DNA of 64,000 nucleotides from Spirochaetota bacterium. GTDB lineage: Bacteria > Spirochaetota > UBA12135 > COTS27. The DNA lies in assembly GCA_013426755.1 (NCBI GenBank), contig AP019861.1, positions 1,632,489 to 1,696,488 of the forward strand. Direction: 5' to 3'. Under the pieces are notes generated by a model that was given only the letters and a program-made list of their open reading frames with translations, made no database searches and had not been told where the DNA came from. A program made the position numbers and the translations under genes. Of the stretch, positions 9,923 to 21,066 are shown piece by piece (position 1 is the first letter of the stretch; the number at the start of each line of letters is the position of its first letter).

Positions 9923-12790
9923 TTAGTAGCATATCGGTAAGGCATCAGCACGTCGACTTGGCTGATAACAACGTTTACCATAATACGTACGCACATCAAA
10001 ACTACCGAGGCGATCTACCACACCCGTAACATCGCCATTTACAAAGTCGTTAGCACTATATGCCCTATTTCTACTACCCACAGGAGACCTTCCGATATGA
10101 GTATATTCATACCCCACCAATCCACCTACGGGACTGTAACCAGAACCAGAAACATACCCTGCCATAAGAACGTTATTAATCCGCCCTACATCATCACTGA
10201 ATAAGCTGGCAGTATGTTTACCAACGATACCGCCTGCATTAACACCGTCAGGTGTGGTCTCATACCAAACACGTCCGTAAATACCTCCACGCACACTGCC
10301 GTACATATCCGAGTCCCGAATATCAGCTTCATTTTCCCCTACTAGACCTCCTACGTTATTACCACCGTAGACGTTAACTTCTGAAGCAGATTCGCTAAGC
10401 GAAGAACGAGAGAAAAACTGCCCGACTAGCCCGCCTACTGCGGTACGACCACTTACAATTCCCGAAGCATAAATCTGATTCATTGCAAGCCCACTGGCGA
10501 CTCCAACGACACCGCCTACCCCATAATAATCCCCAGAATAATCAATATCAATAACATTAACGCGACTCACCGAGCCGCCACTGACCTTTCCAGCCAGACC
10601 ACCAACACCAAAGCCAACGTCCCAACGACAGAATTTAACGCCTCTGCGCTGAATCTCTTCAAGAGTAAGATGCCAACCACCGCCTATGCAGTCTCTATTT
10701 CTCATAGTGACACCTTCCATCACAATATCATGGATCGTACTCCCGATAGCACTTCCAACCAGACCCCCCATTCGATACCCCCCTGCAACATAAGCGTTGG
10801 CAATACGGCAGTTTGTTACCGTGGCATTAGAGAGAACAGAAAAGAAACCTGAGTCTCCTATATCTAATCTTGGACGATGAGGATTCACAAAAAGATTAGA
10901 GATCGCATAACCACGACAGTCAAAAGTTCCCGTAAACACACCCATAGGGTAAAATCCCCCACCGCCTGCTAAACGGCTCCACGGTGGCGCTAAGGACTCC
11001 TGATCGGAGAACGCACCCATGTTAATATCTTTCGTCAAGCGGTAATGCTTATCAGCAAATTGTGCATGAGAACCGGTGTTACTAAGGTTATAAGAAAGAA
11101 CATTGAGATGCACTGAGTTCTCGATCAGATAGGGGTCTGCCGGTGTGCCTGAACCCGACAATGTACATATAGGGAAGCCTAGATAAAACTCGAAGCTACC
11201 CGCACCTGCCCCCGATAACATAGCATTATTAGAAACAACATAATAATCGGTGCTACCAATGTTAGTTGTACGTACACTCGCATCATAGACATCGAAATAA
11301 CTAGTGATCGCCGAGGAAACCCTAACGCTGGGGTCGGCCCGCCCTGCGTTATCTAAAAAGGACAGCGTAGAGCGAGCGAGCAATTCACAACTATTCGTCA
11401 CAAAAACATAATCCCCTTCGCCAATAACGACTAGACCCGGCACAGCAGGACTGTCGGGTATAATATTACCCGATACGATCTGCAGCTGCAGATACCGATA
11501 AAAATCAACCGAAACTTCATAAACACGCGTAAGCCCAGAAGACACTTCACGAATGACAATCGCTTCGTAGGGAACCATCTCCTCTCTACTACCTAGGGGG
11601 TTATTGATCGCAGCATCTACTGTATCCGCACCTGCGTCTAAGACGTACCCATCAGGAATCGCGATAGAGAGCCGCGGCGAGTTGATAGTAATACCTGTCG
11701 CAGGCTCTACAGCAAATGTATCTGGAACTGCAATGCCTGGCACATTTGTAAAACCCGTCACACGGACCGTGGAAGGACCGTCTATTTCTGTATTATCAGC
11801 GACAATGATATCACTCGTTCGTGCGGTCTGAGAGATAGGACCGACAAGTTTATTGAGTCTAAAAAACGATGCTTGGATGTTTTCACTGCTAAATGGAAAA
11901 GGGTAGGCCCTTAGGTTGGCCGAGATCGAGTAAGATTTATTGGGTTGCAGGTCTTCTGCCGGGAAGCCTGGGCCTGGGCGAAATGTTTCAGAGACCTGGA
12001 GTTCTCCTAGCAGCAGCGCATTGGTTAGCGCGCCGATACCCATTCCATCGGGGTCGGCTAATGTTCCTTCATTTCCTGTCAAGGAAAATCCTGCAGGAAA
12101 ATTATTAGCGTTTAGCGTGAACGTGCCATCGGGCACGTTGGCGAGATCATTGATGAAGAGACGACTGCCATCTACCGATAACGAAGAACCGCTTACGCGC
12201 TGAGTGGGAATAGTCACGCCTGCGTATTCGGTTGTGAAGACAACACCACCGAAAAGCTGACCCGTCGACGCCGAAGTGAACCAATCCGAAATAGCCGCAC
12301 CGTAGACATGCGTCTTCACTCTGTACATAACTGGTGTGCCCGTCCCTACGGTATAAGCGATCATATCTTCTTGACTGTGCGGCGAAATGACTGCAGATGG
12401 AGCGACACTAATACTCGTTGGAAATGTGATCACACCTCTACTTTGATCTAGATTTAGCGTCCATGATGCTGCCCGGCCTGAGGCATTGTTGGTGAGACCT
12501 GAGACGAGAATTGTCAGTCCGCTACTATCGGTGCTGTCCACAAAGACTTTTAGGCTTTGATTACCTACATTGCTTTCTTTAATAAGAGCGACAATATCAG
12601 GAATCTCACCAGGCACGACCACCCCAACACGATTGGTTGTCATACAACCCAATAATACACTCAACGCAAACAGAAAAAGAAAATACATTTGAAAGTATAT
12701 ATTCTTAGAATATATCTTCTTATAACGCAGACTTGTCACACTTGCTACCATTGACATTACTGCTACCACTGACATTATTCTATTTTTCAT
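9923..12790 (-). CDS. GLUG-repeat surface lipoprotein, paralog 4 (divergent)
   Basis: 955 aa; signal ending VLLGC; SGSGTPADPYLI cap; GGLVG coils; C-terminal Cys pair. Confidence 0.9.
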   Translation of the reverse strand: MKNRIMSVVAVMSMVASVTSLRYKKIYSKNIYFQMYFLFLFALSVLLGCMTTNRVGVVVPGEIPDIVALIKESNVGNQSLKVFVDSTDSSGLTILVSGLTNNASGRAASWTLNLDQSRGVITFPTSISVAPSAVISPHSQEDMIAYTVGTGTPVMYRVKTHVYGAAISDWFTSASTGQLFGGVVFTTEYAGVTIPTQRVSGSSLSVDGSRLFINDLANVPDGTFTLNANNFPAGFSLTGNEGTLADPDGMGIGALTNALLLGELQVSETFRPGPGFPAEDLQPNKSYSISANLRAYPFPFSSENIQASFFRLNKLVGPISQTARTSDIIVADNTEIDGPSTVRVTGFTNVPGIAVPDTFAVEPATGITINSPRLSIAIPDGYVLDAGADTVDAAINNPLGSREEMVPYEAIVIREVSSGLTRVYEVSVDFYRYLQLQIVSGNIIPDSPAVPGLVVIGEGDYVFVTNSCELLARSTLSFLDNAGRADPSVRVSSAITSYFDVYDASVRTTNIGSTDYYVVSNNAMLSGAGAGSFEFYLGFPICTLSGSGTPADPYLIENSVHLNVLSYNLSNTGSHAQFADKHYRLTKDINMGAFSDQESLAPPWSRLAGGGGFYPMGVFTGTFDCRGYAISNLFVNPHRPRLDIGDSGFFSVLSNATVTNCRIANAYVAGGYRMGGLVGSAIGSTIHDIVMEGVTMRNRDCIGGGWHLTLEEIQRRGVKFCRWDVGFGVGGLAGKVSGGSVSRVNVIDIDYSGDYYGVGGVVGVASGLAMNQIYASGIVSGRTAVGGLVGQFFSRSSLSESASEVNVYGGNNVGGLVGENEADIRDSDMYGSVRGGIYGRVWYETTPDGVNAGGIVGKHTASLFSDDVGRINNVLMAGYVSGSGYSPVGGLVGYEYTHIGRSPVGSRNRAYSANDFVNGDVTGVVDRLGSFDVRTYYGKRCYQPSRRADALPICY

Positions 12791-13584
12791 CTCATACGCT
12801 CCTAGTAAATACTCATCATTAAAAACCTATTCATTAAAGACTTATTATCCAATACTCATTCAAATACCCAATACTCATTCAAGCTTTTCTCCATTCAAAT
12901 TGCTGCACACTCAGACTTTCACTCATTTAGATTTTATTGTAATTGTTAAATTTTATTGCAATTGAATGTTCTATTACGACTGAATAATTGATTTAACTAG
13001 CATGCTCCCACGATTTTTCATAATTTTAGAGTTTTTATTCTAATTGTTATTTTTACAATCTGCTTTTTTATAATAGTCTTATAACAGTCTACCTTTTTAT
13101 TCTAACATAGCTTTTATTGTAACATAGATTTTTTTTACTGAAATAACATAAACTTCTTTACCGAGATTGTGAATTTAATGTTAGAGCCAGCCCATTAAAT
13201 ACATCAATAAATATATCAAACATATCAAATATCAATTGCAGTTGACGTTAGAAGAAACATGTTAAACATACCCAATACGAAACATTTCTGTCTCTATAAA
13301 AGGTTATTTTTAAGCATTCTTAAAGGTTGTTTTCGAGCGATTTAAGAGGTTATTTTCAAGCATTCTTAAGATGTTTTATTCCCTGAGAAAGTGCTTTATT
13401 CCCTGATTGCTCCTCAAAATATTCAAATTTCCTTTAATTATTAAACATTGATCAATTATTAAATATTGATTGATTCAGTTATTTTCTTTTAATAAAAAAA
13501 CAATTTTTAAAATACCTCTGTCTTCACTTAAAATATCTTTGTCTCTACTTGAAATACCATTGTCTCTATGAAAAATTTTCAAAA

Positions 13585-13815
13585 ATATCAAATTTTATAT
13601 GACATTATATCATAAAAATGGCAAGTCAACATTGAAAAAAATATACATTAATATCAAATTTTATAAGTCAATATTGAAAAATATCACAAATGGGTCTCAA
13701 AATTTATAAGTCAATATTGAGAGATATCACAAATTAGTCTCAAATTTTATAGGTCAATATTGAAAAGCATCACAAATTAGTCTCAAATTTTATAGGTCAG
13801 CATTAGAAAATATCA
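13585..13815. repeat. ~43-bp AT-rich tandem repeat, ~5 copies
   Basis: a(a/g)gtca... at 13623, 13665, 13708, 13751 and 13794; three copies contain the palindrome tcaatattga. Confidence 0.85.
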
Positions 13816-13992
13816 TAAGCCAGATAAAATTTGTACTCAAAGCCAGATAAAAATTCAAATCATAAAACAATTATTGTAAAAATTCGTATTTTTTCTTCGT
13901 TTTCTAAAAAATTATCATCACTTCTTCCACGCACAGTCTAAATAAACATCACGTCCAGTACGGCATAAATAACGTCACGTCTACTATTAATT

Positions 13993-14350
13993 ATCACGTC
14001 TACTATCAATGCAGCGTCTATTATCACATTGTCTATGCAATATTAGATAATTGTATAACGCACCTTAGATATGTTGTAACATCACGTCTACTATCAATGC
14101 ACCGTCTATTATCCATACATTGTCTATGCAGTATTAGATAATTGCATAACGCACCTTAGCTAGTTATAACATCACGCCTACTATCAATGCACCGTCTATT
14201 ATCCATACATTGTCTATGCAATATTAGATAATTGTATAACGCACATTAGATAGTTATAACATCACGTCTACTATCAATGCAGCGTCTATTATCCATACAT
14301 TGTCTATGCAGTATTAGATAACTGCATAACGCACATTAGATAGTTATACC
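13993..14350. repeat. ~90-bp tandem repeat, 4 copies
   Basis: atcacg(t/c)ctactatcaatgca... at 13993, 14081, 14171 and 14261; no unique spacers. Confidence 0.92.
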
Positions 14351-14774
14351 TTAGCTAATTATATAACGTACAATAAAGTCAGTCACATAGCCGCAGTAAC
14401 GTATAGATTGCAGTATGCACAGAGAAGGTTCTATATGCCGCGTAAGATTGGATTGTATCGCTTGTTTTCTAGCTCATTCACAAGTAATTTTCTAGCATTG
14501 TATATATAATTTACTAGCATCATTACACGCAAATTCTCTAACCTCTTACACTCATATTCTAACTTCCCGCACTCATATTCTAACTTCTTAGACGCCTGTT
14601 TTAGTCTATTTACATATTATTTTCTAGCATTGTTGATATGTATTTTTGCTAGCATCATGACATGTAAATTTGCCTGGCTTACTATATGCATTGTGTCAAT
14701 AGCTTATTAGACCATAATCTCTCGTAAATAACACCTCCATTTTAATTTAAACAATTTAACTTACATTGAATAAC

Positions 14775-15200
14775 TACAAACCATATGGGATTTTTATTTA
14801 AATATTTTTATAAAATTATTAATATTTTATAAAAACTAATTAATATTTAATAATTATCGGCATATGGGTTGTTCTTCTCAAATATTTTAATTGAATTAGT
14901 CAATGTTTAATAGATACAAACTATATTGGATCTTTATTTAAATATTTTTATAAAATTATTTATATTTTATATAAATTAATCAATATTTAATCATTATAGA
15001 CTGCATGGGTTGTTATTATCAAATATTTTAATTGAACTAGTCAATATTTAATACATACAAGCTATATTAGACTTTAATTTAAATATTTTTATAAAATTAT
15101 TGATATTTTATAAAACTAATCAATATTTAATAATTATGGATTTTGAATGCTGTTTTTTTTTCTCAAATATTTTAATTAAATCAGTCAATATTTAATAGAT
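14775..15200. repeat. ~140-bp extremely AT-rich tandem repeat, 3 copies
   Basis: tacaa...tttaaatatttttataaaattatt... at 14775, 14915 and 15056. Confidence 0.88.
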
Positions 15201-15207
15201 TGAATTC

Positions 15208-15279
15208 GATTGAACTTTATTGTACTTTCATTGAAATTAGCGAGATTGAACTTTATTGTATTTTCATTGAAATTAGCGA
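15208..15279. repeat. 36-bp direct duplication spanning the HAD gene stop codon
   Basis: gattgaactttattgta(c/t)tttcattgaaattagcga at 15208 and 15244. Confidence 0.9.
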
Positions 15280-16115
15280 TCCTGTCCGAAGTGGGCTACT
15301 CCTTCACGGATCACTATTCTATCAATAATACTTCTCACCAGACTGTCTAGGTCTTTGCCTGATTCGTAATTCGCCCCAACCACATATTTAACCCTATTGT
15401 ATTTCAGTAGATCATAAGCCGCCTTTTTACTCTCATTCGAATCGTATAACCCAATCGAATAACCGCCTTGGTAATTAACCATTTTCATTGCTGGGACGTC
15501 ATTGAGACCATTGCCGATATAGATAATATTCGGAAAGAGAATGTGCCGTTTGTGATCTGGCGTGTAGGTATTGATCTGCTTGTTCTCCCAAGCATTGTGA
15601 ATGCCCTTATTGATCCGAAATAAATATTGAGTTTTATTGGTATAATTGACCGCTAGTGCCGGCCACTGGGGGACATTGTTAGCATCGTATTTAAACAACG
15701 AGGCGTAGATAGCCGTAAAATATTTCGCAATTGACGTGCCCTCGATCATTTCCTTATTGCCAGAAGAGACAACATAATGCTCTATAGCTAATGATTTAGC
15801 ATTCGCATAGGCATTGATATTATCAAACCATTCTTTAACACCAGGAAAATATTGCACCTTCTCACCGTGCTTTTTAATACTCTCACGCGTATAAGGAACA
15901 TCACACTTACGCGCCTTATCGATAAGAAGGTACATATACCCCAACACTTCATCCATTTCATGCTCCTTACAGAGCGTATAGACCTCTTCCCAGAATTTAT
16001 CTTTATCGATGCCAAGCTCAGGCAAAAATGAATTTTCTTGGATATTGCCCCTAGCTAACGTGCCATCGAAGTCGTAGGCAATTGCCATCTTAAATCTATT
16101 CATAGAAGAGATCAT
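15273..16115 (-). CDS. HAD-superfamily hydrolase
   Basis: Motif I AYDFDGTL, motif II VVSSG, K in NKTQY; motif IV reads YIGNGLND (usually GDGxxD). Confidence 0.88.
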   Translation of the reverse strand: MISSMNRFKMAIAYDFDGTLARGNIQENSFLPELGIDKDKFWEEVYTLCKEHEMDEVLGYMYLLIDKARKCDVPYTRESIKKHGEKVQYFPGVKEWFDNINAYANAKSLAIEHYVVSSGNKEMIEGTSIAKYFTAIYASLFKYDANNVPQWPALAVNYTNKTQYLFRINKGIHNAWENKQINTYTPDHKRHILFPNIIYIGNGLNDVPAMKMVNYQGGYSIGLYDSNESKKAAYDLLKYNRVKYVVGANYESGKDLDSLVRSIIDRIVIREGVAHFGQDR

Positions 16116-16129
16116 TGTGACTCAAAAAA

Positions 16130-17596
16130 TCACAACCCCGTGCAAGTTGTCGGTACAGGTGTAATATATTGACGATTGGCGCAGGCGACTGTTTTAAGAC
16201 GGGGGTACTGGTCGTTAGGTGCAAATTGCCAGACAGTATCCAGCCAGCCAGAATAGGACGTGGCAGATTGGAGATTCATTGTCGTTTGACCTGTCCCGCC
16301 AGCACTAGTCGATTGACGTGATGTTTCAGTATTCCAATAAGAAGCACTGATCATACTGGCGCCGCCATCCATCCCGCCGATCAACCCTCCTACAGAAGAA
16401 TCTCCTCCAACAGAACCTATAGCATAAGAATTACCAATCGTAGAAGTGTCGATCCTCCCAACTAAGCCTCCGACCCAAATGGATCCTGATGAAATACTGC
16501 CTGTCGCATAGGAATTACTGATAGCCGCATTAGCAGAAGACCCGACTAAACCTCCTAAATTACTACTAGATATTCCTGGCTTATTTATTCCTGTTATAGG
16601 AACTGTCGCATAAGATTTATCGATCACAGAACTATTCTCATTAAGACCGACTAAGCCTCCTATATTACCATATCCTATAATATCACCACCCGTCACATAG
16701 GAATTGCTGATCGTAGAGTTATTATTTCTCCCGACTAAGCCTCCCACAGACTCGCTCCCTCTAATTCTAATAACTGTTAGAGCACAATTTCTAATCGTAG
16801 CTCCTGAAACAAAACCAAATAATCCTACATTATCGGTATCACCTCTATTAACATAAAGATTAACAATATCATTGGCTTCGCAGTCAAACGTGCCCGCAAA
16901 ATTAGTATCCATACGCGTACCGATAGGCGCAAAGCCTGAACCACTGCTCGCTTCACTCCAAGGGGCCTGGGCGATACCAAGGTCGATACGGCTAGTGACT
17001 CGATAATGGGCGCTTTTATAAGTGCCTGTATTAGCATTGACTAACCTAGCGACAAGGTTTAGTTTTCTATCATTATTAATAATGTAAGGATCATCCTCTA
17101 TTCCTGCTCCTGAGAGAGCTGCTGCCGCCTCCGTCGTTCTACACTCTGCCGTCGTTACGGTTAGTGGTGTAAAAGTCTCAATCTCAGTACTACCCTCACT
17201 CAGAATTAGAGAAACATCATTATAAGTAGTTTTCGTATATGAATTAATAGCAGGATCGCTCATAACCGCAAGCGTATAAGTCGCTGTACTAGGATTTCCA
17301 CCGACAAGAACTTCATATGAAAGTGGAAACATAGCACATTCTTTTAATTCGATCGGAGGTAAACTAGATGTTCCCGCCGATAGCACTAGTTCTGACACAA
17401 GGTCCCCCGCATCCCCGCCAAGCAATTTTAACTGTATCTGATCTTGCATTTGATTTGTAGCAGTAGATGCAGAAGTTCCTGCGCAGCTGATGATGAGAGT
17501 CATAGAAGCAATAAGAAACGCAAAAGCAAATCTATATGTTATGATAGTTTTATCTTTTCGACGTGGTTTCAATACCGATGCGTCTATTCTTTTCAT
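16130..17596 (-). CDS. GLUG-repeat lipoprotein, paralog 5 (no stalk domains)
   Basis: 488 aa; LIISC lipobox followed almost directly by the QLKLLGG linker domain and the GLUG head; ends QYPRLKTVACANRQY...CTGL. Confidence 0.92.
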   Translation of the reverse strand: MKRIDASVLKPRRKDKTIITYRFAFAFLIASMTLIISCAGTSASTATNQMQDQIQLKLLGGDAGDLVSELVLSAGTSSLPPIELKECAMFPLSYEVLVGGNPSTATYTLAVMSDPAINSYTKTTYNDVSLILSEGSTEIETFTPLTVTTAECRTTEAAAALSGAGIEDDPYIINNDRKLNLVARLVNANTGTYKSAHYRVTSRIDLGIAQAPWSEASSGSGFAPIGTRMDTNFAGTFDCEANDIVNLYVNRGDTDNVGLFGFVSGATIRNCALTVIRIRGSESVGGLVGRNNNSTISNSYVTGGDIIGYGNIGGLVGLNENSSVIDKSYATVPITGINKPGISSSNLGGLVGSSANAAISNSYATGSISSGSIWVGGLVGRIDTSTIGNSYAIGSVGGDSSVGGLIGGMDGGASMISASYWNTETSRQSTSAGGTGQTTMNLQSATSYSGWLDTVWQFAPNDQYPRLKTVACANRQYITPVPTTCTGL

Positions 17597-17676
17597 AATT
17601 TCATTCTCCTTTTAATGATGTGAAATTGAATTTTAGATAAATACTATTCAAATAATTAGACAATTACCGTGCATTT

Positions 17677-17705
17677 AATATAACATAAAACACCCCTATT
17701 GGCAA
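17677..17705 (-). promoter_or_regulatory. sigma70-type promoter for paralog 5 (and probably HAD)
   Basis: TTGCCA-17bp-TATATT with TG extended -10; same arrangement recurs upstream of other paralogs. Confidence 0.7.
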
Positions 17706-17830
17706 GTAAAATTTTTTAAAATATCCTAACCCCCACTCCTCATCTCAAAAAATCGTGTAAATACGCATAAAAATCGTATAAATGCCATTGAATGTTTTTT
17801 AACATTCGATCTACTCTTAATTTTGATAAC

Positions 17831-17864
17831 CTCTGGCATCCCTTAAATTTAAGGGATGCCAGAG
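17831..17864. repeat. 34-bp perfect palindrome downstream of paralog 6 (possible terminator or protein-binding site)
   Basis: ctctggcatcccttaaa|tttaagggatgccagag. Confidence 0.9.
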
Positions 17865-17921
17865 AGATGAGGGTACTTCTACTCGAAATGAGTTTTACCC
17901 GAGATAGTTATAACCCCGTAC

Positions 17922-20732
17922 TCATAAATCCGTACAAGTCGTAGGTACAGGATTCGCATATTGACGATTGGCACAGACGACTGTTTTAAGGCGGGGGTAC
18001 TGGGTGGTGGGTGTAAATTCCCAGATATTATTACCGTCCCATCCCGTAGCTGTTGCAGTTAAACTCTGAAGTGCTATCCTGCTCTGTCCTGTTACGTTAG
18101 CCGTCGTCCTACTAGAGTCACCATCTGTATCACTGCCTACACCTGTCGTAGAAGTACCCCCAGTGAGAGTAGAATCACTATTATAATAGGATGCCGTTAC
18201 ACCTGTGTAACCAGGTGTTGAACCGTCGCCATTGAAACCGATAAAAGGTCCTATATGCGTACCTCCCGTCATTCCTGTTACATTTCCGATCGCATAGGAA
18301 TGAGTGATTGTAGATTGATCACGGTTCTGCCCAACCAAGCCGCCGACATTATTGCTTCCTGAAACAGCGCCTGTCGCATAGGAATTACTGATCGTGCTAG
18401 TAGTACTAGAAAAGCCAACCAAGCCGCCGACATTATTGCTTCCTGAAACAGCGCCTGTCGCATAGGAATTACTGATCATGCTAGTAGTACTAAAGCCAAC
18501 CAAGCCGCCGACATTATTGCTTCCTGAAACAGCGCCTGTCGCATAGGAATTACTGATTATAAATCTACCCGCAGCCGCTCCGACCAAGCCTCCGATATTA
18601 TCACGGAATCCTGTAACGCTAACTGTCGCATAGGAATCAATTATCTTAGAATTTCCTCCGGCATCTCCGACCAAGCCTCCGGTCCGGTTATCTCCTGTAA
18701 CGCTGCCTGTTACATAGGAGTTACGGATGGTCGTAGAAATACTAGCCCTAGCAACCAAGCCTCCGGTAAAATCACGTCCTGCAACCTTAACAGCTGTTAG
18801 AGCGCAGTTCTGAATCGTCGCACCAAGAACATATCCGAATAACCCTACGCTAATACCAAAAATATCCTCTCTATCTCTATCATCAAGTGTTCTTGTATTA
18901 ATATAAAGGTTAGCAATCTCTTTGTTATTACAATCAAAATTTCCTCCAAACGGTCTAGAATAAGCATTGAGACTATTAGTCACACCTATAGGAGCAAAAC
19001 CACGACTCATAGTTCCCCCTTCACTCCAGGGCGCAGCAGCTAAGCCGAGGTCTATATTCGCGTCTACTCTGTAGTGGGCTTCAGCATACAGCCTATTAGC
19101 ACTGTTCATCGCGTTAGCATCAATTAACTCAGAGAGCAAGTTTAACTTTCTATCGTTATCTATAATGTAAGGATCACCACTCGTTCCTGCTCCTGAGAGC
19201 GCTGCCGCACTACAAGGTGCGCTAACAGACAGTGGAAATGTATGGCTCTCAGCACCTCGACTTAAAACAAAATTCGTCTGAGAACTCGCTGCGTAGGAAT
19301 TGACCGTACCTGTAAGCGCATAAGCTGTGCTGGTGATTCCGCCGACAAGAACTTCATTCGCAGGCAAACCCGTAACCACATCACAATTTTTCAAAGTAGC
19401 CGTACTCGCAGCAGAACTAGACGTCCCTTCTGAGAGGAGTACTTCGGACACAAAGGCTTCTGCATTACCGCCGAGGAGTCTTAATTGAATCAGGTCGCCT
19501 AACATTAACCGAACGTAGTATTTCTCAGAAGCACTCACCGACTGTGCAGCTGTTACCGTGAAACTGAGACCTTCATCATCCATTGCAGTTGTTGTGCTGG
19601 CTACGTCCGGAGGATTGAGACCTGCACCTGCCAAGGTTAGCGCATTGTCGGACCTTGTTATTGCAGTACCTTGCTCTGTTACCCTATACGATGAAGAAAT
19701 CGTAAGCATTAGGTCTACACTAAATCCGTCTTCTTTGTTTTTAATGCCACTGATGGTAATGACATTGCCCGTGATTGATGAAACCATTGCAGCGCTGTAC
19801 GCAGGATGACTTCCATTATCAATTGTAATATCCGCTATCTCAAGCGGCGGAAGTGGCGCTAACGCATCAAGCCGCAACTCAACATTGAACGTCACAGCTG
19901 TTCCCCCAGCAGCGACAGGCGTAAGAACAAATGCGACATTTGGCACTACAGCATTCACTACGCCTGTTCCAACTGGATTTAACACATTGGCAGGAATTAT
20001 AACAGATGAAGGTTCAGCCGTGTAATCAGCAGGAGTATCCGTATCAGCAATACTTACTGTGAGCGTCGTCTCAGTTCTCACCACATCAGCTAGATTAGTA
20101 ATACCACTAATAACAATTGTGTCGCCCTCAATGGTTGGTGTAGCTGCGGCGTACAGTGAAGTGTCGCCACCTGATGGAGTGATCGTGATGTCTTCTACCG
20201 CAAACGCAGGTAAACGTGACGGCGGCGCAACGAACTCACTAAGACGAACTTCAATACTGTAAGTAATAGCCTCGCTACCAGCAGCAACAGGTGTCAGTAC
20301 AAACTGAACACCTTCTAACCTATTCGCCGCCGCATTAGTGCCGTCTGGATTTAACACAGTCCCAGGAATAGTAATAGACGCAGGATCAACAACGTAAGTC
20401 GCTGGGTTGTCTCTATCGGCAATACTCAAGGTCAAGGTTTCAGACCTAGCATCCGCTAGATTAGTAATACCACTAACAACGATCACAGCCCCTTCAATCG
20501 TTGCTATAGCCGCAGCGTAGGGCGAAGTATCGCCGCCTGATGGAACAACCGTGATGTCCTCTAATTCAAGAGATGAGGCAGGCGGCGGTACCCTATCATT
20601 ACTCGTTGCCGCTGGGGTGCAGTTCGTTATAAAAATTATAACTATTATGCATAGCAATAAAAACAAAGCGAATTTACGCACATTGAAATGATTTTTACTG
20701 GTTTTTAACAGTGATTTTTGCATTGTTTCCAT
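17922..20732 (-). CDS. GLUG-repeat lipoprotein, paralog 6 (3 stalk domains)
   Basis: 936 aa; IFITNC lipobox; three near-identical ISNSYATGAVSGSNNVGGLVG coils. Confidence 0.93.
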   Translation of the reverse strand: METMQKSLLKTSKNHFNVRKFALFLLLCIIVIIFITNCTPAATSNDRVPPPASSLELEDITVVPSGGDTSPYAAAIATIEGAVIVVSGITNLADARSETLTLSIADRDNPATYVVDPASITIPGTVLNPDGTNAAANRLEGVQFVLTPVAAGSEAITYSIEVRLSEFVAPPSRLPAFAVEDITITPSGGDTSLYAAATPTIEGDTIVISGITNLADVVRTETTLTVSIADTDTPADYTAEPSSVIIPANVLNPVGTGVVNAVVPNVAFVLTPVAAGGTAVTFNVELRLDALAPLPPLEIADITIDNGSHPAYSAAMVSSITGNVITISGIKNKEDGFSVDLMLTISSSYRVTEQGTAITRSDNALTLAGAGLNPPDVASTTTAMDDEGLSFTVTAAQSVSASEKYYVRLMLGDLIQLRLLGGNAEAFVSEVLLSEGTSSSAASTATLKNCDVVTGLPANEVLVGGITSTAYALTGTVNSYAASSQTNFVLSRGAESHTFPLSVSAPCSAAALSGAGTSGDPYIIDNDRKLNLLSELIDANAMNSANRLYAEAHYRVDANIDLGLAAAPWSEGGTMSRGFAPIGVTNSLNAYSRPFGGNFDCNNKEIANLYINTRTLDDRDREDIFGISVGLFGYVLGATIQNCALTAVKVAGRDFTGGLVARASISTTIRNSYVTGSVTGDNRTGGLVGDAGGNSKIIDSYATVSVTGFRDNIGGLVGAAAGRFIISNSYATGAVSGSNNVGGLVGFSTTSMISNSYATGAVSGSNNVGGLVGFSSTTSTISNSYATGAVSGSNNVGGLVGQNRDQSTITHSYAIGNVTGMTGGTHIGPFIGFNGDGSTPGYTGVTASYYNSDSTLTGGTSTTGVGSDTDGDSSRTTANVTGQSRIALQSLTATATGWDGNNIWEFTPTTQYPRLKTVVCANRQYANPVPTTCTDL

Positions 20733-20820
20733 AATATCTTTCTTTTTTAATGATGTGAAATTGAATTTATGTTACTGTTAAATTTTAGATGGGTACTATT
20801 TAAGTCATTATTATACGGAT

Positions 20821-20849
20821 AATATAACACAAAAGACCCCTATTCTCAA
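20821..20849 (-). promoter_or_regulatory. sigma70-type promoter for paralog 6
   Basis: TTGAGA-17bp-TATATT, extended -10 TG. Confidence 0.68.
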
Positions 20850-20974
20850 GTAAATTTTTAAAAAATTTTATAAAATTTACTCCTCATCTCAAAAAACCGT
20901 GTAAATACGCATAAAAATCGTATTAATACGGTTGAATGTTTTTTAACATTTGATCTACTCTTAATTTTGATAAC

Positions 20975-21008
20975 CTCTGGCATCCCTTAAATTTAAGGGA
21001 TGCCAGAG
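20975..21008. repeat. 34-bp perfect palindrome downstream of paralog 7
   Basis: Identical to 17831-17864. Confidence 0.9.
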
Positions 21009-21066
21009 AGATGAGGGTACTTTTTACTCGAAGTGAGTTTTACTTGAAAGAATTATAACCCCGTAC

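Noticed and set aside
13993-14350. Possible CRISPR array (also 46571-46865 and 4516-4741)
   Set aside because: Units repeat along their whole length with no unique spacers, and no cas genes are in the window.
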